A DNA stretch of 6,849 nucleotides, taken from Octopus sinensis. Lineage: Eukaryota. Below are positions 6,598 to 6,849 of this stretch, one piece after another (position 1 is the first letter of the stretch; each line of letters begins with the position of its first letter). The DNA lies in NCBI RefSeq assembly GCF_006345805.1, contig NW_021829215.1, positions 1 through 6,849 of the forward strand, read 5' to 3'. The position numbers and the translations under genes were made by a program. The notes beneath the pieces are model-generated. The model was not told where the DNA came from. It saw nothing but the letters and a program-made list of their open reading frames with translations, and did no database searches.

Positions 6598-6849
6598 GGC
6601 GAGCTGGCAGAATCGTTAGCACGCGGGGTAAAATGCTTAGCGCTATTTCGTCTGCCGTTACGTTCAGAGTTCAAATTCCGCCGAGGTCGACTTTGCCTTT
6701 CATCCTTTCGGTGTCGATAAATTAAGTACCAGTTACGCACTGGAGTCGATATAATCGACTTAATCCGTTTGTCTGTCCTTGTTTGTTTGTTCTCTCTGTG
6801 TTTAGCCCCTTGTGGGTAGTAAAGAAATAGGTATTTCGTCTGCCGTTAC
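6598..6849 (+). mobile_element. Second copy of the Meta-like SINE: head, body unit and start of a second tandem unit (runs off the window)
   Basis: Head GGCGAGCTGGCAGAATCGTTAGC; body 6642-6829 is homologous to 5173-5357. A new unit GGTATTTCGTCTGCCGTTAC begins at 6830. Confidence 0.87.

Overview
Gene-free, repeat-saturated, AT-rich eukaryotic DNA (intergenic or deep intronic), most likely from an octopus or other coleoid cephalopod. That assignment rests on recognising the SINE families from memory, not on a database search. I can support no intact protein-coding gene; the listed ORFs come from microsatellites, antisense SINE sequence or decayed transposase. Contents: two decayed mariner (Tc1/mariner) remnants with different TIRs (13-331 +, internally deleted; 1060-1440 -, 3' end only); three families of tRNA-derived SINEs (332-709 and 708-780 -, 4834-5019 -, 5131-5541 and 6598-6849 +); a (GAT)n tract that reverses polarity at a 22-bp hairpin; a ~740-bp compound microsatellite with higher-order duplications; a ~66-bp inverted-repeat (foldback/MITE-like) element; a diverged ~155-bp direct-repeat pair; and a 23-bp minisatellite. 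The most notable signal is that both copies of the + strand SINE continue into a head-less ~185-bp tandem unit through the identical junction AAAGAAATA|GGTATTTCGTCTGCC. This points to a family-level multimer or concatemer mechanism rather than chance local duplication.
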